NCBI GenBank assembly: GCA_003517965.1
Contig: DOZO01000041.1
Span: forward strand, 19,526-83,525
Direction of reading: 5' to 3'
Source of the DNA: Desulfobulbaceae bacterium
GTDB taxonomy: Bacteria; Desulfobacterota; Desulfobulbia; Desulfobulbales; Desulfurivibrionaceae
Length of the DNA: 64,000 nt
The stretch's first letter is position 1, and each line of letters opens with the position of its first letter. This document shows, piece by piece, positions 8,416-17,411 of this stretch. A model generated the notes under the pieces. That model made no database searches, was not told where the DNA came from, and saw only the letters and a program-made list of their open reading frames with translations. The translations under genes were made by a program, and so were the position numbers.

Positions 8416-8521
8416 CCCTGATCCTGTGCGATTTATTCCGACCCGATTTATTCACCGATTGTTCCTGCGGAATTCCCTGCACCCAATTATACTAAAATAC
8501 CAACTTCCTCCCAATAATCCC

Positions 8522-10291
8522 GTGCAATCAACCCAACCAATCATTCAGCTACTCAGTCGTCTTTGGCTTCACATCAACCAAAGACGGCGGGTTCAGCTTT
8601 GGCTCCTTCTTTTTTTGATGATTATTTCCTCGTTTGCGGAAATTTTCAGCATCGGGGCAGTGTTGCCTTTTCTTGGCGTGTTGACCGCCCCTGAACGAGT
8701 TTTTACGCACCCAGCTCTTCAGCCATTCATTCAAATCCTGGGACTTACCTCGGCTAAGCAACTCCTGCTGCCGCTGACAATTATTTTTGGCGTGACGACC
8801 CTTATATCTGGAGCTATGCGGTTGTTGCTAATCTGGGCCAGTACCAGGTTGTCCTTTGCGATTGGGGCCGATCTTGGGGTCAGCATTTATCGCCGTACTC
8901 TTTACCAGCCCTATGCTGTACATGTGGCCCGTAACAGCAGCGAAGTGATCAACGGCATCTCAGGTAAGGCGAACGGCGTTATTTACAACAACATTTTGCC
9001 GGTCTTGACTCTGATGAGCTCCAGTGTCATGTTGTTCGCTATTCTTCTGGCGCTCTTTTCTGTTGAGCCAGTCATTGCGCTGGCAGCCTTTGGTGGCTTT
9101 GGTTTAATCTATGGCGTCATTATCTGGCTTACTCGCACCCGGAAAATTATAAACAGTCAGTATATTGCCCGAGAATCCACCAAGGTTATAAAAGCTTTGC
9201 AAGAGGGGTTGGGCGGTATTCGGGATGTCCTTATTGATGGCAGTCAGGCCACGTATTGTCATATCTACCGCAACGCTGATCTTCCGTTGCGTCGGGCTCA
9301 AGCTAACAATCAATTTGTCAGTTTGAGCCCTCGTTATGGTATGGAAGCATTGGGCATGTTGCTCCTTGCTGGCTTGGTCTATTCGCTCGCCCAGCAAATA
9401 GATGGGGTCGCCAGGGCCATTCCTGTTCTCGGAGCTTTGGCTCTTGGTGCTCAGCGGTTGTTGCCTGTAATGCAGCAAGCTTACGCTGCATGGTCCAGCA
9501 TCCAGGGTAGTCAGGCATCTCTTCAGGATACGCTCGATTTGCTCGATCAGCCATTGCCTGCTTACGCCGATCAACCTGCATCCAGACCAATATCTTTTAA
9601 GCGTCAGATTAACTTGAAGTTGCTTTCGTTTCGCTACAGCCCGGAAACCCCGTGGGTGCTCGATAACGTTAATCTTTGCATCGCCAAAGGCAGTAGGGTG
9701 GGATTTGTCGGTAAGACCGGCAGTGGCAAAAGTACGTTGCTTGATATTGTTATGGGATTGTTGTCACCTACCAGGGGAGGGATTGAAATAGATGAACAAC
9801 CCATAACGATGGATAATTATCGTGCATGGCAAGCCCATATCGCGCATGTTCCGCAAACTATCTTTCTTGCCGATAGCAGTATAGAGGAGAATATCGCTTT
9901 TGGTGTACCAAAGGAACAAATCGATCGCGAGCGCGTCAGGCAAGCAGCCAGTCAGGCACAACTTGCCGACACCATCGAAACCTGGCCCCGGCAATACCAA
10001 ACCTTTGTTGGCGAACGAGGCATTCGCTTGTCCGGCGGGCAACGTCAGCGTATCGGCATTGCCCGTGCCCTCTATAAACGTGCTGATGTTATTATCTTTG
10101 ATGAAGCTACCAGCTCGCTGGATAACGAAACCGAACAGGCCGTCATGGAAGCCATTGAAGGCCTGAGTGAGGATCTCACCATACTCATCATCGCTCACCG
10201 CCTGACTACTTTGAAAAACTGCACGCAGATAGTGGAGTTGGGCAATAGTGGTGTTCTTCGTATTGGCAGCTATAAAGAGCTTATTTCATAA
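8522..10291 (+). CDS. ABC exporter, fused TMD-NBD (PglK/MsbA-like glycan flippase)
   Basis: Multiple TM helices; GKTGSGKST; GERGIRLSGGQRQRIGIARALY; IIFDEATSSLD; IIAHRL. Start GTG 8522 is uncertain. Confidence 0.85.
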   Translation: MQSTQPIIQLLSRLWLHINQRRRVQLWLLLFLMIISSFAEIFSIGAVLPFLGVLTAPERVFTHPALQPFIQILGLTSAKQLLLPLTIIFGVTTLISGAMRLLLIWASTRLSFAIGADLGVSIYRRTLYQPYAVHVARNSSEVINGISGKANGVIYNNILPVLTLMSSSVMLFAILLALFSVEPVIALAAFGGFGLIYGVIIWLTRTRKIINSQYIARESTKVIKALQEGLGGIRDVLIDGSQATYCHIYRNADLPLRRAQANNQFVSLSPRYGMEALGMLLLAGLVYSLAQQIDGVARAIPVLGALALGAQRLLPVMQQAYAAWSSIQGSQASLQDTLDLLDQPLPAYADQPASRPISFKRQINLKLLSFRYSPETPWVLDNVNLCIAKGSRVGFVGKTGSGKSTLLDIVMGLLSPTRGGIEIDEQPITMDNYRAWQAHIAHVPQTIFLADSSIEENIAFGVPKEQIDRERVRQAASQAQLADTIETWPRQYQTFVGERGIRLSGGQRQRIGIARALYKRADVIIFDEATSSLDNETEQAVMEAIEGLSEDLTILIIAHRLTTLKNCTQIVELGNSGVLRIGSYKELIS

Positions 10292-10322
10292 GCCCCATCA
10301 ACCAACGGATCGATAAAATCTT

Positions 10323-11321
10323 ATGCTTACTAATTCATCCATCCTCATTACAGGCGGCACCGGTTCTTTCGGCAACACCTTCGTCCCCATGACCCTGGCA
10401 AAATACAACCCCAAGCGGCTGGTTATTTATTCCCGTGACGAGATGAAGCAGTGGGAGATGGCTCAGAAGTTCGAAGGAGACCAGCGGGTAAGCTTCATTA
10501 TTGGCGATGTCCGTGATAAGGATCGTTTGGCGCGGACACTGGATGGCATTGATTATGTGGTGCATGCTGCGGCGACCAAGATTGTGCCGACGGCGGAATA
10601 CAACCCGTTTGAGTGCGTCAAGACCAACATCAACGGGGCGATGAATCTGATCGATGCCTGCATTGACCGTGGTGTCAAGCGCGTGGTTGCCCTGTCTACG
10701 GATAAAGCCAGTAATCCGATCAATCTGTATGGCGCCACCAAGCTGGCTTCCGACAAATTGTTCGTTGCGGGTAATGCCTATGCCGGTACACATAACACCC
10801 GTTTTGCCGTGGTTCGTTATGGCAATGTTATGGGGTCACGGGGATCGGTCATCCCTTTTTTTATGGATTTGGCGCATACGGGTGTTTTGCCCATTACGGA
10901 TACTCGCATGACTCGTTTCATGATCACACTCGAACAAGGCGTCGAACTTGTTTGGCATGCTATTAATGACATGCAGGGTGGCGAGATATATGTCAAAAAA
11001 ATACCTTCCATGACGATTCTGGATATTGCGAATGCTGTCGCGCCGGGTGCTGATCACAAAATCATCGGTATCCGGCCAGGGGAAAAGATTCATGAGCAGA
11101 TGATTGGGGTGGAAGATGCGCCTCATACCTACGAATATGATGATCATTATAAAATACTGCCGATGATTCATAATTGGTCTGCTGATCCTTCAAGAATCAA
11201 GGGCGGCGCTAAGGTTGAAGAAGGTTTTATGTATACCTCGGACAACAACAATAAATGGATGCCAGTCCAGGAGTTGCGGGCATGGATCGAAGCAAATCGC
11301 ATCAAGATCGGTGCGGTCTGA
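10323..11321 (+). CDS. pseB: UDP-GlcNAc 4,6-dehydratase (inverting), PseB
   Basis: ITGGTGSFG, YSRDEMKQ, HAAATKIVP.AEYNP.EC, ALSTDKA.NP.NLYGATKL, RYGNV.GSRGSV, GIRPGEK.HE. Confidence 0.92.
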   Translation: MLTNSSILITGGTGSFGNTFVPMTLAKYNPKRLVIYSRDEMKQWEMAQKFEGDQRVSFIIGDVRDKDRLARTLDGIDYVVHAAATKIVPTAEYNPFECVKTNINGAMNLIDACIDRGVKRVVALSTDKASNPINLYGATKLASDKLFVAGNAYAGTHNTRFAVVRYGNVMGSRGSVIPFFMDLAHTGVLPITDTRMTRFMITLEQGVELVWHAINDMQGGEIYVKKIPSMTILDIANAVAPGADHKIIGIRPGEKIHEQMIGVEDAPHTYEYDDHYKILPMIHNWSADPSRIKGGAKVEEGFMYTSDNNNKWMPVQELRAWIEANRIKIGAV

Positions 11322-11327
11322 CAACGG

Positions 11328-12266
11328 ATGAAGCCGAATGTTCTTATCACCGGCGGCTCTGGCCTGCTTGCTCTCAACTGGGCTCTGGCGATCAGGGATC
11401 GTTATCCGGTTATCTTGGGACTGCATAAGCGTGAAATTTCTCTATCTGGCGTGCAGACCAGGAGTATTGATCTTGAATCGACCGAGCATATAATCTGCGC
11501 CTGTGAAATTGCACAACCTCAAATCATTATCCACACCGCAGGCCTTACCAGCGTGGAGCAATGTGAATCCGATCCCGGCCAGGCTCAACGTGTTAATGTA
11601 GATCTTGCTGCCAATGTCGCTAAAGCCACAGCGAAGTTGGGGCTGTCATTGGTGCATATCTCTACGGATCACTTGTTTCCCGGAATCATTCCCTTGGTAG
11701 ATGAAATATGCCCGGTTGCCCCGGTTAATGTTTATGGCAGGACAAAAGCAGAAGCCGAATCAAGGGTGCTTGAGGCTCATCCACAGGCGCTGGTGGTGCG
11801 CACAAACTTCTATGGCTGGGGCACGAGCTATCGGCACTCGTTCAGTGATGCAATAATTAAGGCACTTCGGGCAGGGAAGGAAATAACCTTGTTCCGTGAT
11901 GTGTTTTACACACCCATACTTGTGGAAACAGTTGCCCTGGCCGTGCATGAGTTGCTTGATTTGAAAGTTGGCGGGATTTTTAATGTAGTTGGTGACGAGC
12001 GTATTTCAAAATACGAGTTTGGCCTTAAACTGGCGCGAAAATTCAAGCTCGATGCCAGTCTCATTAGACCAGGATATATCACGGATCAACCTTCGTTGGT
12101 TAAACGACCACATGACATGAGTCTGTCCAATCAAAAAATTTGCAAGTTACTTGGCAGAAAACTCGGTGATGTGAAAGAGCACCTTGCAAGGCTTCAACAG
12201 CAGGAACAAAACGGGCTTGCCCAGGAATTAGCGCCTTACCCCGCCTGCGGCGGGGTTTTATCATAA
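11328..12266 (+). CDS. RmlD-like SDR (dTDP-4-dehydrorhamnose reductase family)
   Basis: ITGGSGLL, HTAGLTSV..CE, HISTD..F, P.NVYG.TK..AE, RP.DMSL. The last ~12 residues derive from inserted DNA. Confidence 0.85.
   Translation: MKPNVLITGGSGLLALNWALAIRDRYPVILGLHKREISLSGVQTRSIDLESTEHIICACEIAQPQIIIHTAGLTSVEQCESDPGQAQRVNVDLAANVAKATAKLGLSLVHISTDHLFPGIIPLVDEICPVAPVNVYGRTKAEAESRVLEAHPQALVVRTNFYGWGTSYRHSFSDAIIKALRAGKEITLFRDVFYTPILVETVALAVHELLDLKVGGIFNVVGDERISKYEFGLKLARKFKLDASLIRPGYITDQPSLVKRPHDMSLSNQKICKLLGRKLGDVKEHLARLQQQEQNGLAQELAPYPACGGVLS
12078..12229 (+). repeat. 152-bp direct repeat, copy 1
   Basis: 144/152 identical to 13827-13978. Confidence 0.95.
12238..12256. repeat. GC-rich perfect hairpin at the insertion junction
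   Basis: ACCCCGCC-TGC-GGCGGGGT followed by TTT. Confidence 0.6.
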
Positions 12267-12414
12267 GGGAACCTTGCTAATGACTTTCACAACCGTTTGA
12301 TATTAGAGAAATTATGATCTATATTGAAGATGTTATATTTCTGAAAAAGACAATGCGCTGGGATGAATTTATAGGTCAAGTTGCACAGCGGAACTATCAG
12401 GTAGATGAGCTGAT

Positions 12415-13815
12415 ATGAACAAAGCCAAACTTCTTGCCCTTCTTGCCAGTGGTGAAGATAGCCGCCATCAATTCAAGCGCGACTTTACCCATATTGATGC
12501 GCTGGCTGCGGAGCTGATCGCGTTTGCCAACACAGGAGGCGGCCGGTTATTTATCGGTGTCGCCGATGATGGCCAAGTGTCTGGACTGGATGCGACAGAT
12601 GTAGCAAGGCTCAATCAACTACTGTCGAATGCAGCCTCGCAAAGTGTCCGTCCTCCCATCAATACGGTAACAACCAATGTCAAAACCGGGCAAGGTTTGG
12701 TCATAGTGGTTAATGTGGCCGAAGGATTGAATAAGCCTTATGTGGACACACAGGGGCGTATATGGGTTAAGAGCGGGGCAGATAAACGCCATGTGACTGC
12801 ACGGGAAGAAATGCAGCGCTTGTTTCAAGCGTCTGGGCTGGTCTATGCGGATGAGGTGCCTGCCAGACCAGCGACAATCTCAGATCTTGACCTGTCCGCC
12901 TTTGCGCAGTATTTCAACCGGCGTTACCGCAAACCTGTTGAAGTAACTGGCCAGCAGCTGCCGCAGTTACTGAAAAATCTTAACCTGGTTCGTGATGGTG
13001 TTCCCAACTTGGCGGGCTTGCTACTGTTTGGTAAAACGCCCCAGGCGATCAAACCCTCCTTTGTGATCAAAGCTGTCGCCTTTCCTGGTACGGTGTTGCA
13101 TGACAACCGCTATCTGGACAGTGAAGACATCGACGGCAACCTGTTTGAACAGTACCGACGCGGCATAGCTTTTATCAAACGTAACCTGCGTCATGTTCAG
13201 GGTAATCAAGGATTCAACAGCCCGGGTCTGCTGGAAGTGCCAGAAGATGTTTTTGAAGAGTTGCTGGTTAATGCACTGGTGCATCGCGACTATTTTATTA
13301 GCGCACCCATTCGCCTTCTGATTTTTACTGATCGAGTGGAGATCATCAGCCCCGGGCACTTGCCCAATCATCTGGATGTTGAGCAGATTCGCTTTGGTTT
13401 ATCCAATCTACGCAACCCGGCATTAGCTTCACATGCGTTTTATATGCTGCCATACCGCGGCTTAGGTAGCGGCATTCCCCGTGCTACCGAGGCTTGGCCG
13501 GATATAGAGCTGATCGATGATCGGCGAGGTAATCAGTTTAAGGCTGTGATTCGCCGTCATGAGGACGGCGAAATCAATTCGCAGCCAGAGTCGCAGCCAG
13601 AGTCGCAGCCAGAGTCACTGGAAAGCAGAGTGCTACGCATACTGGCAAACAAGCCCGCTAATAAAGCCGAGATTTCTGCGCAGCTTGGACAGAAGGAGAT
13701 CTCTGGTCAGCTCAATAAAGTCATGCGCGATTTGCTGGCGGCCAAAATGATTGAGCACACCATTCCGAACAAACCGAACAGTCGCCTGCAACAATATCGG
13801 CTTTGTACGCCATGA
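12415..13815 (+). CDS. AlbA_2 (Schlafen-like) DNA-binding domain + HATPase_c_4 + wHTH protein
   Basis: GED..HQFK, AFANT.GG.LFIGV.DDG, ELLVNALVHRDY, EIISPG.LP, RNP.LA, GSGI, SQPE repeat, C-terminal P.KP.SR.QQYRL. Candidate promoter TTGATA-17-TATATT at 12297-12325. Confidence 0.88.
   Translation: MNKAKLLALLASGEDSRHQFKRDFTHIDALAAELIAFANTGGGRLFIGVADDGQVSGLDATDVARLNQLLSNAASQSVRPPINTVTTNVKTGQGLVIVVNVAEGLNKPYVDTQGRIWVKSGADKRHVTAREEMQRLFQASGLVYADEVPARPATISDLDLSAFAQYFNRRYRKPVEVTGQQLPQLLKNLNLVRDGVPNLAGLLLFGKTPQAIKPSFVIKAVAFPGTVLHDNRYLDSEDIDGNLFEQYRRGIAFIKRNLRHVQGNQGFNSPGLLEVPEDVFEELLVNALVHRDYFISAPIRLLIFTDRVEIISPGHLPNHLDVEQIRFGLSNLRNPALASHAFYMLPYRGLGSGIPRATEAWPDIELIDDRRGNQFKAVIRRHEDGEINSQPESQPESQPESLESRVLRILANKPANKAEISAQLGQKEISGQLNKVMRDLLAAKMIEHTIPNKPNSRLQQYRLCTP
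13579..13616 (+). repeat. 12-bp tandem repeat x3 (TCGCAGCCAGAG), coding SQPE
   Basis: Three perfect copies in the linker before the wHTH. Confidence 0.9.
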
Positions 13816-13826
13816 GAATCTGTGTC

Positions 13827-13978
13827 ATCACGGATCAACCTTCGTTGGTTAAACGACCACATGACATGAGCCTGTCCAATCAAAAAATTTGCAAGTTGCT
13901 CGGCAGGAAACTCGGTGATGTGCAAGAACACCTTGCAAGACTTCAACAGCAGGAACAAGACGGGCTTGCCCAGGAATT
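13827..13978 (+). repeat. 152-bp direct repeat, copy 2 (probable original 3' end of the RmlD-like gene)
   Basis: Continues ...QELQKL* with an ATGA overlap into pseC. Confidence 0.95.
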
Positions 13979-13987
13979 GCAGAAATT

Positions 13988-15160
13988 ATGATCCCTTATG
14001 GAAAACATCATATTGATGAAGAAGATATTCAGGCTGTAGTTGATGTCTTGAGAAGCGGTATTTTGACGCAAGGCCCAGTGGTGGAGGCCTTTGAACAGGC
14101 AGTGGCGCATTATACCGGAGCAAGATATGCGGTTGCGGTAGCAAGCGGCACAGCCGCCCTTCATCTTGCGGCCGTGGCGGCGGGTGTCGGCCCTGGCAGA
14201 TCGCTGGTGACTTCGCCCATTACCTTCGTTGCCAGTGCGAATGCCGCGCTTTATGTTGGCGGGCGGGTGATCTTTGCAGACATCGATCCGGAGACGATCA
14301 ACCTGTCACCGGACAGTCTCAGGAAGGCGCTGGCCGATAATCCGGATGCCCGAGCTGTTATCCCGGTACATTTTGCTGGTTTGCCGTGTGATATGATGGC
14401 CATCAAATTCGCTGCAGATCAAGCTGGGGCAATTGTGATCGAAGATGCCGCTCATGCCCTGGGGGCGACTTATCCAAGTGGAGAGCGGGTCGGCTCATGC
14501 GTTTATTCCCTGATGACGATTTTTTCCTTTCATCCGGTCAAGGCGATTGCCGCAGGTGAGGGAGGGATGATTACCACCAATGACAAGGCCATCTATCGCA
14601 AGCTTCTGCGGTTGCGCAGCCACGGGATCAACAAGCTTGACGATCCGGTTCAGCAGCCGGAGCAGGCGGAATGCGACGGCGTACCCAATCCCTGGTATTA
14701 CGAAATGCAGGAACTCGGGTTCCATTTTCGGATCACCGATTTGCAATGCGGGCTGGCGCTTTCGCAATTCAAGAAACTTGACCGGTTCATTGCACGCCGC
14801 CGCATCTTGACGAAACAATATGATGATGCCTTTGTAGGGATGCGGAATTGTCGTCCCGCCCAGAAAACTGGTCGTGACATGAGCGGACACCATTTATATG
14901 TTCTCCGAATCGATTTTGAAAAACTGGGAAAAAGCCGGGGGCAGTTGATGCGGGAACTCAAGGAGCGGCAGATAGGCAGCCAGGTGCATTACATACCCGT
15001 ACCGGCCCAGCCGCATTACCGCAGGCTTGGTTTCAGGCCCGAAGACTACCCGAACGCCCAACGCTACTATCAGGAGGCGCTGAGTATCCCACTGTTCTAT
15101 GATTTGACCGATGGGCAGCAGGAAACGATTATCTCGGTGGTCAGAGAGTTGGTGGGTTAG
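13988..15160 (+). CDS. pseC: PseC-type DegT/DnrJ sugar aminotransferase
   Basis: MIPYGKH.IDEEDI, LTQGP, SGTAALH, PITFVASAN, IEDAAHALGA, FSFHPVK.I..GEGG, RSHG, QVHYIP. Confidence 0.9.
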   Translation: MIPYGKHHIDEEDIQAVVDVLRSGILTQGPVVEAFEQAVAHYTGARYAVAVASGTAALHLAAVAAGVGPGRSLVTSPITFVASANAALYVGGRVIFADIDPETINLSPDSLRKALADNPDARAVIPVHFAGLPCDMMAIKFAADQAGAIVIEDAAHALGATYPSGERVGSCVYSLMTIFSFHPVKAIAAGEGGMITTNDKAIYRKLLRLRSHGINKLDDPVQQPEQAECDGVPNPWYYEMQELGFHFRITDLQCGLALSQFKKLDRFIARRRILTKQYDDAFVGMRNCRPAQKTGRDMSGHHLYVLRIDFEKLGKSRGQLMRELKERQIGSQVHYIPVPAQPHYRRLGFRPEDYPNAQRYYQEALSIPLFYDLTDGQQETIISVVRELVG

Positions 15161-15195
15161 TAATTGCAACTAAAGGTCTCTTGAGGGAATTAATC

Positions 15196-16254
15196 ATGTC
15201 AGCCAACAACTGGAAAAATCGCTCCGTTCTGATCACCGGTGTCTGCGGCACGGTGGGGCGAGAACTGCTTCGACAGGTGAATCAGTTCGACTGCTCACGC
15301 ATCGTGGGGATCGACAACAACGAAAGCGAACTTTTTTTCCTGAGCCAGGCCTATGCGAAGCAGGATAACGTGCGGCTCTTCTTGGGCGATCTCCGCGACC
15401 GGGACAAGATGATGCGGAAGATGCGGGGAATCGACGTGGTACTGCACGCCGCCGCCCTCAAGCATGTGATTCTCTGCGAAGAATCGCCCCGCGACGCGGT
15501 CCAGACCAACATCATCGGCATGATCAATGTTATAGATGCGGCGGAGGTAAACAATGTCGGGCGGGTCATCTTCACCTCCTCCGACAAGGCGGTTAACCCG
15601 ACCAATGTCATGGGTACCACCAAATTGATGGGGGAACGGCTGATCACCGCAGCCAATGCTCACAAGCACAAGGGTGGCGATACGGTTTTTGCCTCGACCC
15701 GTTTCGGCAACGTCCTTGGGTCGCGTGGCTCTGTTGTGCCGCTGTTCAAACGGCAAATCGCCCAGGGAGGCCCGGTAACCTTGACAGACATGGCCATGAC
15801 CCGTTTCATCATGACCTTGGAGAATGCGGTCCGGTTGGTTATGTCCTCGGTGTTTCTGGCGCACGGCGGGGAGGTGTTCGTCACCAAGATGCCGGTGGTG
15901 CGCATCGCCGATCTGGCGGAGGTCATGATCGAAATACTGGCCCCGCGTTTTGGCCATGATCCGGCCAGGATTGAGATCAAGTGTATTGGCGCCAAATCCG
16001 GGGAGAAGATGTTCGAGGAGCTGTTGAGCGAGGAGGAGATTCGTCGTACCCTTGAGTTGCGGGACTTTTTCGCAATCCTCCCCGCCTTCAAGTCTGTTTA
16101 TCACCGCATCGATTACCAGTATGAGGGCGTCCTTGCCCAGACAGTTGATCGCGATTACAACTCGCGTTCGGAAAAGCTGATGTCACGGGACGCGATCTGT
16201 GCATATCTCCTGGACAACCAGATATTAGAAGGAGAGGACGCATGCGCCTGCTGA
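15196..16254 (+). CDS. Polysaccharide biosynthesis UDP-HexNAc 4,6-dehydratase (CapD/FnlA-like)
   Basis: ITG.CGTVG, HAAALKHV, FTSSDKAVNPTNVMG.TK, RFGNVLGSRGSV, GEK..EEL. Confidence 0.85.
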   Translation: MSANNWKNRSVLITGVCGTVGRELLRQVNQFDCSRIVGIDNNESELFFLSQAYAKQDNVRLFLGDLRDRDKMMRKMRGIDVVLHAAALKHVILCEESPRDAVQTNIIGMINVIDAAEVNNVGRVIFTSSDKAVNPTNVMGTTKLMGERLITAANAHKHKGGDTVFASTRFGNVLGSRGSVVPLFKRQIAQGGPVTLTDMAMTRFIMTLENAVRLVMSSVFLAHGGEVFVTKMPVVRIADLAEVMIEILAPRFGHDPARIEIKCIGAKSGEKMFEELLSEEEIRRTLELRDFFAILPAFKSVYHRIDYQYEGVLAQTVDRDYNSRSEKLMSRDAICAYLLDNQILEGEDACAC

Positions 16255-17393
16255 TTCTTGGTGGTGACGGCTATCTCGGATGGCCGACAGCTATGCATTT
16301 TGCCGCTGGCGGCCACGAGGTATGCCTGGTCGACAACTATCTGCGTCGGCGGATCTGCCTGGAGACAAATTCTGAACCGTTGATCAACCCGCCGTCACTG
16401 CACGACCGGGTGGCTCTCTTTGGTGCGTTGACCGGTCGGCAGATTGAAGTGGCCATCGGCGACTGCGCGGACTATGAATTTCTCTCTTCTCTGGTGCAGC
16501 GGTTTCAGCCGGACACTTTAGTCCACTATGCCGAGCAACCATCCGCACCCTATTCCATGCTGGACTACCAGGCTGCCCGTCTCACCCTCGATAACAACCT
16601 GGGCGTGACCTTCAGCGCCATCTGGGCGGTGAAGGAGCATGCTCCTTCCTGTCATATCGTCAAACTCGGCACCATGGGCGAGTATGGCACGCCCAATATC
16701 GATATTGAAGAGGGCTGGATCAGCATTGAGCACAAGGGGAGGCAGGACACCTTCCTCTTTCCGCGCCAGGCAGGCAGCCTTTATCATACTACCAAAGTGC
16801 TGGACACAGACCTGCTTTGGTTCTACGTGCGCACTCACGGCCTCAGGGTTACCGACCTGATGCAGGGGCCGGTCTACGGCTTGCGCACCGCGGAGACGAA
16901 CCTTGACCCGCGACTGACGACGATTTTCAACTACGACGATATCTTCGGCACGGTGGTAAACCGGTTCGTCACCCAGGCGGTGGCGGGTATCCCGCTGACC
17001 GTCTACGGCAAAGGCGGGCAGACCCGCGGGTACCTCAATCTGAAGGACACCATCCAGTGCGTTGCGCTGGCCGCCAATACGCCTGCCGACCAGGGGCAAC
17101 TGCGGGTCCTGAACCAGTTCACCGAGAGTTTTTCGGTCAATCAGCTGGCGGAGCGGATCTGCCGGGTCGGCAACAGCTTAGGGCTGGAGGTAAAAATCGA
17201 GACACTGGAAAACCCCCGCAAAGAACTGGAGGAGCATTATTACAATCCCGCCCATAGCGGTTTGCTGGCGTTGGGACTGCAGCCTCACTACCTGACTGAC
17301 GAGGTAGCAACTGACATGTTACAAACGGTGATGCGCCATCGGGAGGCCATCGACCCGCGCAAGATCCAGCCCCGGGTTTTCTGGAAGAGATGA
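16242..17393 (+). CDS. sqdB: UDP-sulfoquinovose synthase homologue (SqdB/SQD1/Agl3 family)
   Basis: GGDGYLGWPTA, H.AEQPSAPYSM, KLGTMGEYGTPNIDIEEG, S.YH.TK, DL.QG.VYG, FGT..NRF, PLTVYGKGGQTRG, NQFTE, NPR.E.EEHYYN. Confidence 0.92.
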   Translation: MRLLILGGDGYLGWPTAMHFAAGGHEVCLVDNYLRRRICLETNSEPLINPPSLHDRVALFGALTGRQIEVAIGDCADYEFLSSLVQRFQPDTLVHYAEQPSAPYSMLDYQAARLTLDNNLGVTFSAIWAVKEHAPSCHIVKLGTMGEYGTPNIDIEEGWISIEHKGRQDTFLFPRQAGSLYHTTKVLDTDLLWFYVRTHGLRVTDLMQGPVYGLRTAETNLDPRLTTIFNYDDIFGTVVNRFVTQAVAGIPLTVYGKGGQTRGYLNLKDTIQCVALAANTPADQGQLRVLNQFTESFSVNQLAERICRVGNSLGLEVKIETLENPRKELEEHYYNPAHSGLLALGLQPHYLTDEVATDMLQTVMRHREAIDPRKIQPRVFWKR

Positions 17394-17411
17394 TTTAGCC
17401 AAGGACAGGTC

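Noticed and set aside
2880-8420. CRISPR array or classical integron
   Set aside because: There are no regularly spaced identical repeats, no cas or intI gene, and no convincing RYYYAAC...GTTRRRY attC pairs by eye. A covariance search was not run.
12078-13978. 152-bp repeat pair as a diversity-generating retroelement TR/VR
   Set aside because: The differences are not adenine-specific (T/C and G/A in both directions), most are synonymous, and no reverse transcriptase is present.
16242-17393. sqdB as part of sulfolipid (SQDG) synthesis
   Set aside because: No SqdX/SqdD/SqdC-like gene is adjacent and it is embedded among neu genes. A role in trans cannot be excluded.
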